Source: Vermamoeba vermiformis
Lineage: Eukaryota
Direction: 5' to 3'
Length of the DNA: 64,000 bases
Assembly: GCA_045837725.1 (NCBI GenBank)
Contig: JBEWZL010000102.1
Span: 248,001-312,000, forward strand
Below are positions 39,551 to 51,350 of this stretch, piece by piece. The position numbers and the translations under genes are program-made. The notes under the pieces were generated by a model. It was not told where the DNA came from. It searched no databases and worked only from the letters and a program-made list of their open reading frames with translations. Within the stretch, counting starts at the first letter, position 1. Each line of letters opens with the position of its first letter.

Positions 39551-39932
39551 TTATTCTTTCTTAGCCGCAGCAGCCTTCTTTTGATTCTTTTTGCCCTGAC
39601 CTTTCTTCGTGGGGGGCTTGCCTTTCCATCGCAAATAAGCGTTTTTAGCTTTCCAATAGACTTCAGCCTCTGAATGATATTCAACGCCGAATGTGTTCAT
39701 ATGAGGAAGGTACCTATAGTATAGTTAGTATATAGATGGCGTATATATTGAGCGATAGAACGTACCAGTCGTTCAAGGTAGGACCGGCAAGTTGTCGAAT
39801 CAGCTTTTTTCTGCCAGTACGTGCATTGTCGGCTTTGTCCATGTAATTAAATATGCGACTAGCAGCATATTGAGGTGCCTCTAGTCGTCGACTGAACAAT
39901 TTAGTCGCCACTCCTCGTGCAATGGAGTTCAT
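39551..39932 (-). CDS. Mitoribosomal small subunit protein mS33 (RSM27-like)
   Basis: RIF...ARTGRKKL..QLAGP.L.DWY and R.KGKPPTKKGQGK across one intron. Confidence 0.75.
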
Positions 39933-40570
39933 CTGCACAGACGAATATTAGAAAATTATTATTGGGCGTATAATTAGCCGAATAAATCCAATAATTAATA
40001 TATCGTGTATTGGTGCATGTGTGATGATTAATAATATTTTACAAAATAATTATGGCAGTTATTTTGAATTTTTAATGATCTAGATTCAGATCGCTGTTTC
40101 ATAGCCTCTATCCTCGCTAATTGTGAAATAGTGCATCCTATACTGATATTTTTCCTCCAATTATATTACCTTTTGTGTATGACAAACTCAACAAAAATAA
40201 ATAATGCGACAGATCGTCGATTGTACATTATGCATAATGTAAATCTCCTTCTGATTACATCGACGAATAGCAGCGTACATACCATCTCAATTCAGTTACA
40301 AAGGTAATGCAAACACTATTTCAGTCTGTGTACACGCACTTGCTTGTGAGTGCTGGAACTGCATCCGTTGAAAATTGACCAGTAAGACTCATGCAAACAC
40401 TTCCCCAACGGCCGTGAATACCATGCAACAGGGCATCGGTCACAGTAGGAGCCATTGCGACTTACTTTTGGTCGATCCTGGCCACGTGATTTTTTTTCTT
40501 GAACTGCTTCCATTTTATGTCGAGTCTAGCGTATTTTAATCATTCTCAACGTATTATATGACTTAGGGCA

Positions 40571-41269
40571 ATGTTTAAAATCTTATTATTTGTTGTTGTA
40601 GCCGTTGCTTTTGTCGAAGCAACTGCTTTAGATCAGTACGCTTTAGGTTCAACTGTACTAGGCTCTGATCAGCACGTGACTATACAATACTTTGGAATTG
40701 AACCAGCTGGGGAACAGGGTTGCAACCTGAACAAGGGCTTGTATGCAATTACTACCCAAGTGACGGACACCTGCACGGTGGGGTGCCAAAGATATAGCAA
40801 TAATAGCTACGTCTCAACTGATTGCGACAATCGTATCTTCTTCCCGCGAGGAAGCTCTTGGGTCGAACGGATCGTGTACCAGGATGTTAACTGCCTGCTG
40901 TAAGTTTTAAATTTAATAATTATACGGGCACTCTTATTAGTGATAGCTCATTTGAGAAAAAAAGCTTCGCAATTTTTCGTTGACTCCTAACGTAAAATGC
41001 GATTTTAGAAATGAGCTCTATTCGTACCAGAAAATACTTTAATCATACCACAGTAATTGATCGGTTTTATTAGATTCACGAATGCAGCCTTCCTACCGGC
41101 AGACCAATGCATTGCGACGTCGACTGACTTTCAGTACCAAACATGTAACGAGGACACGGTGTTCACGTACTCGTGCACCGATATCATTTGCCACAAGTGC
41201 AAGTTATTGCGTAAGACCCCGAAGGGCACCTGCAACAACGGACAACAAGCCTTGTGCATTACAGGCTAG
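40571..41269 (+). CDS. Small secreted cysteine-rich protein, unknown function
   Basis: Signal-peptide-like MFKILLFVVVAVAFVEA, about 12 Cys. Probable 15-nt microexon 41009-41023. Confidence 0.7.
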
Positions 41270-41390
41270 GGATTATACCTTTTGATGTAAAAGGGTCTGG
41301 TTGGGAAGTAAAAGAATGAAAGCTAACGCATGTTGAAGGCGTACAAACTCGTTTAAGTCCGCCCTTGATGCTACTAATAGCCATATTTAT

Positions 41391-43176
41391 TTACAAAATC
41401 AATGTACAATGGGGTTTAGCTTGATAAAACAAGTTTTGAATCATCGCGATCTGATCTTGCGAAAATTGATTGCCGCTCAAATCCAGGAAGATCAGCTCGG
41501 GCAATGCGTTGACTATAGTGACGATCCAATCGAATGAACTCATGTGATTGTTGGCGATGTTGAGGTGAGTCAGTTGTTGACACATTTGAATGCCTTCTAA
41601 GCTCACCAAGTCGTTGTTGGATGCGTCCACGTACCTGATCAGAAATCATTTAGTTTTTGGTCTTGTAACCGTAAAATAGGCCGGTCGCTTTATATGCTCG
41701 ACTAAATACTTACGTGAGTGCAGGACACTTCTCAATGCCAATTAAACTCGTCAAATTGTTCGTTGAAATGTCGATCCACTTCAATTTTGGTGCTTGATCT
41801 AGTCCTCTGAGATCAATCAACTGATTACTGGAGCAGTTCATGCGTCTGTAACGAGCATTAGTATGACAATTCTATCGACCAAACGCGTGTTGTAGAGCTA
41901 CGTACTCTAAGTGATTCATCTGATTCATGCCCCACAAATTGATCAAATAATTGTGTGAAATGTCTAATTGCGCCACTCGCTTAGCCTCTGCAATGCCCAC
42001 GAGTGATTGTAACTTGTTTGAGTGCAGATCTAACTTGTTCAAGTACGGGAACAGTCCCAGGCCCTGAATAGTATCGATTTCTAATGAACAAATGTATTAG
42101 TGCTTATTTAGGTAATGTTAGAAACGAATATTGTAATTGCAAGTATTAATCAGCGATAATATTGCATTAAATTCAGTGTGGCAACAATCAAGAATAATCA
42201 CGTTATTATTACCATTATTGGAGTAATCAGAGTGCGTGACTTGCATCATGAGATCTAGCTGCACGTTGTTGATCATAGTGCTTTTCAAGCCTTGTCCTTG
42301 CAGTTCGAGCTTGTTCTTGTTCGGGCCAGTCGTTTGAAGTGCAGCGCCATCAGGATCGAATGGTGGCGTGTGTGGTGTCAACTGACTGTTCGTGTAGGGT
42401 GCAATGTACTCGCTCGTGTGAGGCACCAACACTATCTCTTGATTGCTGTTCATGAACGAGCCATTCGCGGTGGTGTTGTTGTAGTACTGATTGGCATTGC
42501 TCGGGACAGGTGGCATTTGATTCTGCGGCGATGGAACTGCCGCGCGTTGAGGAGTGACGACGGGACTAGGACCTTGTTGTGCGCGCGGGGCTGGTTTGAA
42601 ATTTGAGAACTGCGTCTGGATCGGCACAAATGTTGGTTCAGCGGGACTCATGGACGAGACAGTAATTAACGGCTGTTGAATGGGCTGCGGCTCTAAATTG
42701 AATAGACTTAACGACGAGTCCTTGGCGTGTTGGTTCTTCTTATTTCCACTGCGCGCTTTCTTCGTCGGTGGTTCTTCTGACTTTGGCTGCGGCTGTTGTT
42801 GTTGCATCATGATCTGCCGACTATATTTTGACCGATGTGAGGAATGGTGGTATTCATCAGCGAGTGATTGATGCGGTTGCTGTGTATAGTCGGTATTTTG
42901 CATTTGGAGGTAATAATTGAATTGATCATCTGACGATAGATCGCCCTACATTTAAGAAAACAAATGATCAATATTACGGATAATTAATATTATATCGTAA
43001 AATTATGTGGTCCTATTTTTATAGAGCAACAATTGAGCAATGGCCCAAAAATACCAAATAATATTCATTTTTGCCAAAGAATGCCAAAAATATTGACGTA
43101 TATCGTATTAAACGTAAGATGCGCTACATAATATTATTTATTTGTGGGACAGGGTCCCTTATTTTATACTTACCAT
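41391..43176 (-). CDS. Leucine-rich repeat protein (SDS22-like LRRs) with Q/P-rich N-terminus
   Basis: Repeated LxxLDLxxNxL units (LNKLDLHSNKLQSL, LTHLNIANNHM, LIFLDLSGNQ). The first coding exon appears to be only ATG. Confidence 0.8.
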
Positions 43177-43543
43177 GGTCGGTAATGCAGATCAAGAGTT
43201 TTTGCGCTTTTCGTGAATAGGCAAGTCGAACGACGCCTAGCGATGATAGTAGTAAATATGATCTTGGTCGAGTGAATTATTTATGGTGTTGCCTTTGTTC
43301 GCAGTCACAAACACAAGGAAAACCAAAAACTGCCGAAAAAAGATGGATGGAGTTTTGGGAAATCGCAAGAACGCTGGTAGATGACTGGATATGCATCGCT
43401 AAATGTCGGGTAGAGACCGGTCGGGGCGTATTCGATCCATGAAGTTCATTAAACGAGATTTCGTACAAAAATGAGTTCATCTGTTGGAGGTTCTGTGAAA
43501 ACCGGCTTTGTTCAGTAAAATCATCAATCTCACTCGCTACAAC

Positions 43544-44336
43544 ATGAGTGTACCACTAATACGGAGAGTTACGAACATACTTACAAAGCCTACATGCCGA
43601 CGAGGGTGTGGCACGCTGTTTAAACACAGATCCACCCAATCTGTCGTTCAGAAGCGAAGTTTATTTGGCAACATATTACAAACCAATCCATCAGATGATA
43701 GTGGCAGGACTGTATTTGAGAAACGATTAATTATGTACGTGGATCCTGAACATAAGAATTTATTCGTTATAATTGTATTAATTTTGAATTAATTGGAATT
43801 ATTCTAGGCATAGCAGAGATAATTTTTATAAGGTAGTAGCAGACGTAGAAAATTATAAAGAATTTTTGCCGTGGTGCGTTGACTCAAAAGTGTTGTCACG
43901 AGACGGCTCAACAATGCACGCAGGTATTTGCAGCGAAACTGTATTATATAATAATTTATTAATATTATACTATTGTAGAACTTGATATTGGATTCCAATT
44001 TCTTCGCGAACGATACGTGTCCAAAGTGACGTTGGATCCGCCAAAGTCCGTTCAGGTACGTAACGAATCACCGTTAAGGACCTTACTTAAAGCATATTCA
44101 TCGTGTAGGCAGTAGCGGAAAAAGGACCGCTGTTTAATTTTTTGACGAACACGTGGCAGTTTGAAGAAGGACCAGAGCCGCAGTCGTGTTGGGTGACATT
44201 CTCGGTGCACTACGACTTCAAGTCACCGATTCACCGCAAGATCAGCGACACATTCTTTCATGAAGTACAAAAGACGATGATCAGTGCATTTGAAACTCGT
44301 TGTAATCAGTTGTATCGACCACGAAGGCGGAGATAA
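43544..44336 (+). CDS. COQ10: Coenzyme Q-binding START protein COQ10
   Basis: VVADVENYKEFLPWC, L.IGF...RERYVSKV, LFNFLTNTWQF, MISAFETRC. Basic presequence-like N-terminus. Confidence 0.9.
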
Positions 44337-44399
44337 ATAACAATGAAAATAGTACAATTTAACACATATACATTCGCAATACAACATTCATAACACCGT

Positions 44400-46274
44400 T
44401 CAGTAATCGAGTTTTCGTTGCACTTCACGCGGCAGTTGATCGAATTGCCAGTTGAACTGTGATTTCAAGTGCAAGTTGGAGTGGATGTACTGCACACAGC
44501 TCTCGAACAGTGACTTCTTCAAGATCAAATCATACACGTGAATGCCATCTGCATGAGCTAATAAAGGTGAGAGTTAGCATTCAGCAGGGTCAAAGAAGCT
44601 CTCAATCTCGAACACTTACCAACGTACAACTTCTTGCCATCGTGCGAGAAGCATAAGCCATTGATATCGCCATCAGTGACTGATGTACAGTTAGAATGAT
44701 ATATCTGGTGTATTAGAGTGCCGTACCTTTGATGATTTGTTCCTCCCAAGTCCTCGTGTCCACAACATGAACATTCTTCTTAGCCTCAGCAAACACCAGT
44801 ACTACATAGGACAGTTAATTACTATTGCCGAGTCTTGTGACACGATCTTACTGTAGTTGAATAATGGCACGGGATTGAACTTGACGAGTCTGACGCACGC
44901 TTCAGAGCTGAAAGTGAATGAAGTGTCACTCTCCTCCTCTTCGCCTTCAGTCTCGGTCTTAGTGCGACTTTGACTTGTCCCGAGTTCTTGAACGATCTCT
45001 TTCGAAGGGAAGTGCCACACAATGCATTGACCGCGCTCTGTTGCCATTGCAAGATAAGGTCCTTGTGCTTGCCATGAGCACATCGTTGACGATGTCTTTT
45101 TGGCTGTTTGGTCATAATAACTGTTAGACAGCCGTGCTTATATTTAACCACACTAGCCCTTACTGTAACACAACGCATCCTGCAAGTGTTCGAACATTCC
45201 CTTTTGATTCATTTGATAGATGACTGGTCCTTTGGCATCATCCGCAGCACCCAGCTGATGAGGTGTTATTTGCGAAGTCAATAGTTAATGAATATTTACC
45301 AGATATTTTCCAAACTCGAAGGATCCAATGCTAGCAAAGTTGATGTTTAACGGGGCAATGATTTGTTGGTGAAAGCGGGTCACGAACTTGTCATCCTCTT
45401 CTTCAATGATGTACGCTATTATTTGAATTAATACGCGCTTACACGGGCACTAATGTACACTTACAGGTCACTTCACCGTCGTTCTTGCACACGAACAACA
45501 TGACGCGTGGTTCGTTTTGACTGATTTTGAACGGCACTAACTGCACTGTGTTGATATGCTTCTTGCTGAAAAATTGCCCTCGAACCAGCCTATAATAAAA
45601 TACTATGAATCTCATCGAAGGCATTTAAATTGAAATTTACTTTTGCGTGGCCTCGTGCATGACCTGAACTTCAGAGCTGTTGTTCACCGCGACGAATCCT
45701 CCAGCACATGATACGCTAAATATACTCTTCAATGTAATTCTCTCGACGATACACAGCTGCATAGGACATTTGCATTAAAATATTTAAATTGAATTTCTTG
45801 TTGCCTTACATTTCCGGTCTTAATGAATAATTTGCGCAGCGCACCGTAGTCCCTTCTAGATACGCTTGCAAGGTCCTCTTTCGTTGCAATTTTCTTCTGG
45901 CCGTTAAGTTCTGCTTCTCGCACGAGGGATTCAGGCAATGCCAGACTGTTAGACGAGAAGTAGATCGCTTCGCCATCTGTGCGCGTGTTATTCAATGCGC
46001 AAATGTATTAGGCGCGTATTCAATTTTACCTGTGCTTAGCTCGCAAAGGTTGAGGAGTTGATAGTGATGATGTTTGGTGAAGATCGGAAATTTAATCGGA
46101 TTCTGCCTCGACGAGAGTTACGCCATCCTTATTGGACAACAAGACCTTATTTAAATTTTCGTCGGAAGGCAATCTAAATCGTCTAATTTTTTGCAGCAGA
46201 GCTTGTAAATTTGGGGGTACAGCTTGGTTGTTATTTTGCTCGTTGTCATTATTATTGGGTGGTACAAAATCCAT
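44400..46274 (-). CDS. WD40 beta-propeller (DUF2415-like) with C-terminal BC/SOCS-box-like motif
   Basis: HYQLLNL, HINTVQL, FAE....HVVDTR, GDINGLCFSHDG..LYV, then SLFESCVQYI..LPREVQRKL. Many short exons. Confidence 0.7.
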
Positions 46275-46705
46275 TGCGATATTGTTTAAATATTTGTGAG
46301 GTTATGTAGTGCCTCGCTGTTTGTAATTGAATTGTTCAATCGATACAAACGACAAATTTGGATCATGTTTCAAATAATTTCGAAGAAATTCGGTAATATC
46401 ATAGTTAGTTAGTTAGCATGGCAGATCAAAGGAATGATAACTTACATCATATAATATAATACAGGCAAAATAATTTAAAATTATTTGGTTGTGACAGAAA
46501 CCAGTTGAAGATCTTGCATTTGAGTAGCCTCACAAGCAAAGTGTACTGAATTAGCTTATCTTAGGCTACTTAAAAATGAGTAAACTCGAACTGTCACGTG
46601 TGCTGCAGAGGCGGATAAGAAAAATTGACAAGAGAAGTTAGTCATTTTATTGCCGGTCGTGAACGAGCTCGATAGGAAGTTATATAGTTAATAATATCAA
46701 TAGCA

Positions 46706-47354
46706 ATGGACGCGCAATTAGAACAAGCAGTTAACGAAATGTAAGCAGCTGTGACCAGTCACATCTCGTTGCACGTCAAATCCAACACTCAAATCCTAAT
46801 TAACTTGGAAATATTTAGTATGTCCCAAGAAGGTGTTACAGGTGTATTATTCGTTGATCAGCATGGTCTCTGTCTCACAGGTAATTTTACTAATTATTTT
46901 CGATTTTTATTATTTTATTCACCTGCTATTGCTTACTGATACGAGTGACCTTTGTCTAATTCAACAATCGCGCTAAAGTAATAATTAATATTCAATTATT
47001 CATAGCTCGTGGCGATGCTACTTCTACAGCTTCCGGTTTCATTTCAGCAATTGTGTCTCGTGCAGCTGATATTGGCGGTGAAGATTGCACAATGTGCATT
47101 GAAACTGATGATAGGTATGTTGAATAACATTAATGAATATTAATCGTCCTTAAAATAATGCGATCGCGATCCACTTCGCGACTGGTCTCTCAAGAAACGT
47201 ACCTCGAATATGATGATATTAGCGAATATGCGAATACAAGAATTTAAATTACCAAGCATACTAATTATATTCATGTAGAAACATCTTTTTGAAGCGCCAA
47301 GACGACATGACCATTGCAGTGTTTAAGAAGTCTGCTGCCGTTGCGCAACAATAA
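46706..47354 (+). CDS. LAMTOR5: Ragulator subunit LAMTOR5 (HBXIP)
   Basis: 4 exons give MDAQLEQAVNEIMSQEGVTGVLFVDQHGLCLTARG..SGFISAI..A..CIETD..IAVFK. Confidence 0.88.
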
Positions 47355-47996
47355 GAACGCATTCAATTGTAGCTTAGTTTTGTAAATACTATATTAATTA
47401 GAGTCTGCGCAGCTATTTTATGTCGAGTTAATTTGAATTTTGTACAAGCGTTGCTGGGTCTGAGTCGCGGTGCTTGTTCGAGCGTTCCATAACTGACTTC
47501 AACAAGGTAGCGTTATTTGAGGCTACTATGTAGTCCTACGGACTTAACTTAATGCGGCATCTGGGAGTAAATTAAAAGTCAAAAGGACAATCCAATCGTT
47601 TTTAGCCAATGAACACAATCGGAAATTTGTAATATTACTTCGTTACATATTAGATGTTCGGTATTATTATATTAAATAAATTGAAGCAAACTTTCGGCGC
47701 GACCAGACCAAATAACAGAAGACACGCTACCAAGTCATTATGAGGTACAAAATTGATCTCATTGAATGCTCGAATACTATAAGAATGAGTTTTTCGTCGG
47801 TAGAATAATTGAAGAAGATTATGTGAGTCGATCGGTTAGAATCTTTCTTAGCCTCTGCTGTCAGTTCCACACCGTAGTCTAATGCATATACTTATCTCAG
47901 ATATGGTAACATGTTTGAATTTTCGTCGGCAAAAGGAAAAACGATCTGAGCTTAATTTGGCGCATTTATTTTTGATCGAAGATCGAGGCAACAACA

Positions 47997-49762
47997 ATGG
48001 GCAACCCTGAGTCGAAAGCCGCCGGCAGTAAGGGTCCTGGCACACCTAGAGAGCCTCCAAAACCTGAACCGGTCTTTATGGAATACGCAGAACATGGAAT
48101 TGTTGGGCGAAGACCCACGATGGAGGATGCGCATCTCTTGGAAGCGCCTTGGGGAGACGATAATACAGCGATCTTTGGTGTATTTGATGGACATTTTGGA
48201 ACCAAATGCTCGGAGTTTGTAGCACGAAAGCTTCCAGAGGTTTTGAAAGCTCATCCCAAATTCAACGACGACGTTCATCTAGCATTGAAAGAGTCCTTTT
48301 TGCACGTTGATAAAGAATTCCTTAAGCAAGCATCAGCTGAAAAATTAGGAGATGGATCAACAGGCATTGTAACACTGATAAAGAACGAAAAGATTTATTG
48401 CGCCAATACAGGAGATTCGAGAGGAGTTCTTTGTGAGGGTGGAAAGACAGTTGCATTATCAGAGGATCATAAACCAGAAGTACCTAAGGAACTCGCAAGG
48501 TATTTATTTACAGGAATATCTATAATTATATACCATATTTTTTAATTTTAATAATGAATGCGGTTTGCTTTGGTGGTCTTTTTTCGTAATAATCAGAAAA
48601 TATATTATTTTTGAAGCGCATAGAATAATATTTCGGTTATTATTTGGTTAGATACGACCATTATCGAATTTTCTTAACCGCATCTAAAAACATAAAATAA
48701 CGGCAAGTTAGCCGACGGATTAAAAACACATAATAACGCATTATATTATTCAAGAATCGAACAAGCTGGTGGAATTATATTATTAGGACGTGTGCAAGGC
48801 AAATTAGCTGTTGCCCGTTCTTTTGGCGATCTGGATTTCAAAAACGAACAAACATTAGAAGCTAAATGGATCACTGCCGAACCTGATATCCTTTTAATTG
48901 TCGTGAATAGTCATATTACTAATTTCTTATCGACTGATTATTATTTGACCAATTTTCGATCCTTAACTCGGATTCGTACATATTTTAGAAGTGCCACTCA
49001 CCACCGACACCGAATTTATATTGCTCGCATGCGACGGTCTATGGGACAAATTTTCAAACGAAGAAGCAGTCGAATTTGTGCGCAAAAGAATTGAAACAAA
49101 TGTACCGACACTGGAGATTGCCAAGCAGATCGTGCAAGAGGCGTACAATCTGGGCTCGACGGACAACATCACCGCGGTGCTGGTCGTGTTCAATCACGCG
49201 ATTAAGAACAAGTCCATGCGCCGCGCTGGAGCTGTGGCTGAAGTGCACGGTCACGCTACCCGCCGAGAACAACACCAATGTGGCACAAACACCGAGCAAG
49301 AAGAAGGACAAGACACCAAAAAAAGAGCCAAAAGGCGTGACTAAGACCGCTGCTGAGCCCCCTCAAGTGATCCCACCCAAAAAGGACCGCACTGCCAAGA
49401 CCACCACTGGTGATAAGCCTCGCACGCCACGCGGTGAAGCCAATGAAGCCTCAAAGCCGCACAACGACGAGCCGAGTCAATCGAACACTTCTGACGAGAA
49501 AAAAACCGAGCTCGCCTCGCCGAAGAGCGACAAGAGTCTATCAAAGGAGTCCTCCACTGGCAACGACAAATCACCGCGCAAGCACAAAGAGCACAAAGAC
49601 GACAAAGACAAGAAGAAGCACAAGCGCGATGAGAGCAAGGCATCGAGCTCGAATTCCAGTCCTGCAATGAACGTCTCGCGCAGCAACCCGGATGTGGCCA
49701 CTGCTGAAGATGTTAAGCGCAGCAACAGCGCGTCGGATAGTATTGGTAACGACAAGTCATAA
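47997..49762 (+). CDS. Protein phosphatase 2C (PPM) with N-myristoylation-like MG start
   Basis: GRRPTMEDAH, FGVFDGH, ANTGDSR, LAVARSFGD, LACDGLWD, GSTDNIT. The catalytic frame stops at 49344; the charged tail continues in +1 frame to 49762. Confidence 0.92.
48886..48979 (+). other. U12-type AT-AC intron
   Basis: 5' ATATCCTTT, branch TCCTTAAC 48960-48967, 3' AC. Removal restores EPDILEVPLT. Confidence 0.92.
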
Positions 49763-50008
49763 TTGCGTCGTTGTGTTTATCGAGTGTAATAATATATTTA
49801 ATATTTAAAAACGCATCGTCGAGAGTGATGGTGTCAGGAATTAAATTTATAATTTTCAAAAAATAATCAAAAAATAATTGCATTTAAAAGCTCTGGAGCG
49901 ATATGATTATGCAATCGATCGTTCATTTTGATATTTCATGAACTGTAAATAAACCTGCTTTAAAGTAACTCGATGTTGTTTTTTTTGTTTATCTGTCAAT
50001 AGATCACC

Positions 50009-51302
50009 ATGGAACCAGCAGAAATTCAAGAGTATCGTGTTCAACTCGCGGCTATAGAGGGTCTATTAGCTGAAGAGCCTAATAATCAAGAGCTGTTTGG
50101 CGTTAGAGATCAGCTACGCGACATTATTCGATTGGCTACTGAAGTTGATACTTTGCAACAACCAACGACGGATATGTTTGATGATGATAGTGTTAATGAG
50201 GTTGATGCTAGAGATAATAATGCACAAGTGCAAGTAGAGCCAGAACCGGATCGAGCGCCTGAAAAAGTCCCTAAAAATCTCATTAATTTTGAAAAAAAAG
50301 AAGAATTACACTATAAAGATGGAAAGATGATTATAGAACAGAACAATATTGTAAATAATAATTTGGACGAAAACAATTCGGATTCGCTCGACTCCTCAAG
50401 CGATTACAGCTCTAGTGATAGCGAAAATGAACAAGAGTTAATAGCCAAAGAATATTTGGAGCAAATTAAAGATAATATACTAGCAAATAATGCCATGGCA
50501 CCTACTGACAGCAGATTCAATCAAATTGCTAACTGGGAACAATACACCAAAGTAATTGAACCGATCACTATCATTATTATGATGCTAATATGGTTTTTAG
50601 GGTATTGGATCTAAATTGCTGGCAAAATATGGCTACAAAAAGGTAAGAATTCATTTCTAGATCAATGCGGATCTGACCATTGACACGTAGGGCCAAGGTG
50701 TAGGTCGAAGCAAAATAGGCATCACTGAGCCAATATCGTTAGATGAGCAGACTGGCAATTCTAAGGCGGGCTTGGGTAAGTTAACTAAGATCATGGTTTA
50801 GTGTGCGAGGGACACTTTTTGACACTTTCGCGTGACAGGTCACACAAAGAGACGACGCAGCAAAAGATTGCCAGGCGATGAAAGACCATCGAAAAGAGCA
50901 CGAAAGAGCGGACAAAGCGATGTGTCGCAGGCAGCGGGTGGATCCAATTACAAACCCGACTTTGAGAACGGTGAAAATATCTTCGACTACATCAACAAGA
51001 AAACAGCGATGAAATCTCCGCCAAAAGACAAAGAAGTCCTAGACCTGAAGAAATTAAAGCCAGAAGAGATCAAGAAAAAGCACCACGAACTGTTGAAACA
51101 AATGGGCGAATTGAAGGTACAAATCGACAAGTACGAAATGTCTTATCAACGCAACTTGTCACGTGACCCTGTTGCTGCATCACAAGCGAAAAAACAACGC
51201 GATGAGGTGCTCGTGCAGTACGATGCGATTGGCAAACAAGAAAAATTGTTGCGTGCCAAGATTGAGATGAAAAAGAATCGTGACAAGTTGAAAGAATTTT
51301 AA
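50009..51302 (+). CDS. G-patch protein, ZGPAT-like
   Basis: N-terminal YRVQL..IE..L..DQLRDII helix, WEQYTKGIGSKLLAKYGYKKGQGVG G-patch, NIFDYIN, C-terminal KLKEF*. Confidence 0.8.
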
Positions 51303-51350
51303 GCAGACAAAGACACAATACGAACAATTCAGATTGATATTAACAAGAGT

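Noticed and set aside
806-47354. RagA and LAMTOR5 (plus several trafficking genes) as a functional cluster
   Set aside because: About 45 kb apart with about 20 unrelated genes between them; chance co-occurrence is sufficient.
47440-47570. Short hairpins downstream of LAMTOR5 (similar ones at 40330-40480 and 53890-53975)
   Set aside because: Stems of only 5-7 bp with no recognisable boxes; not distinguishable from chance by eye.
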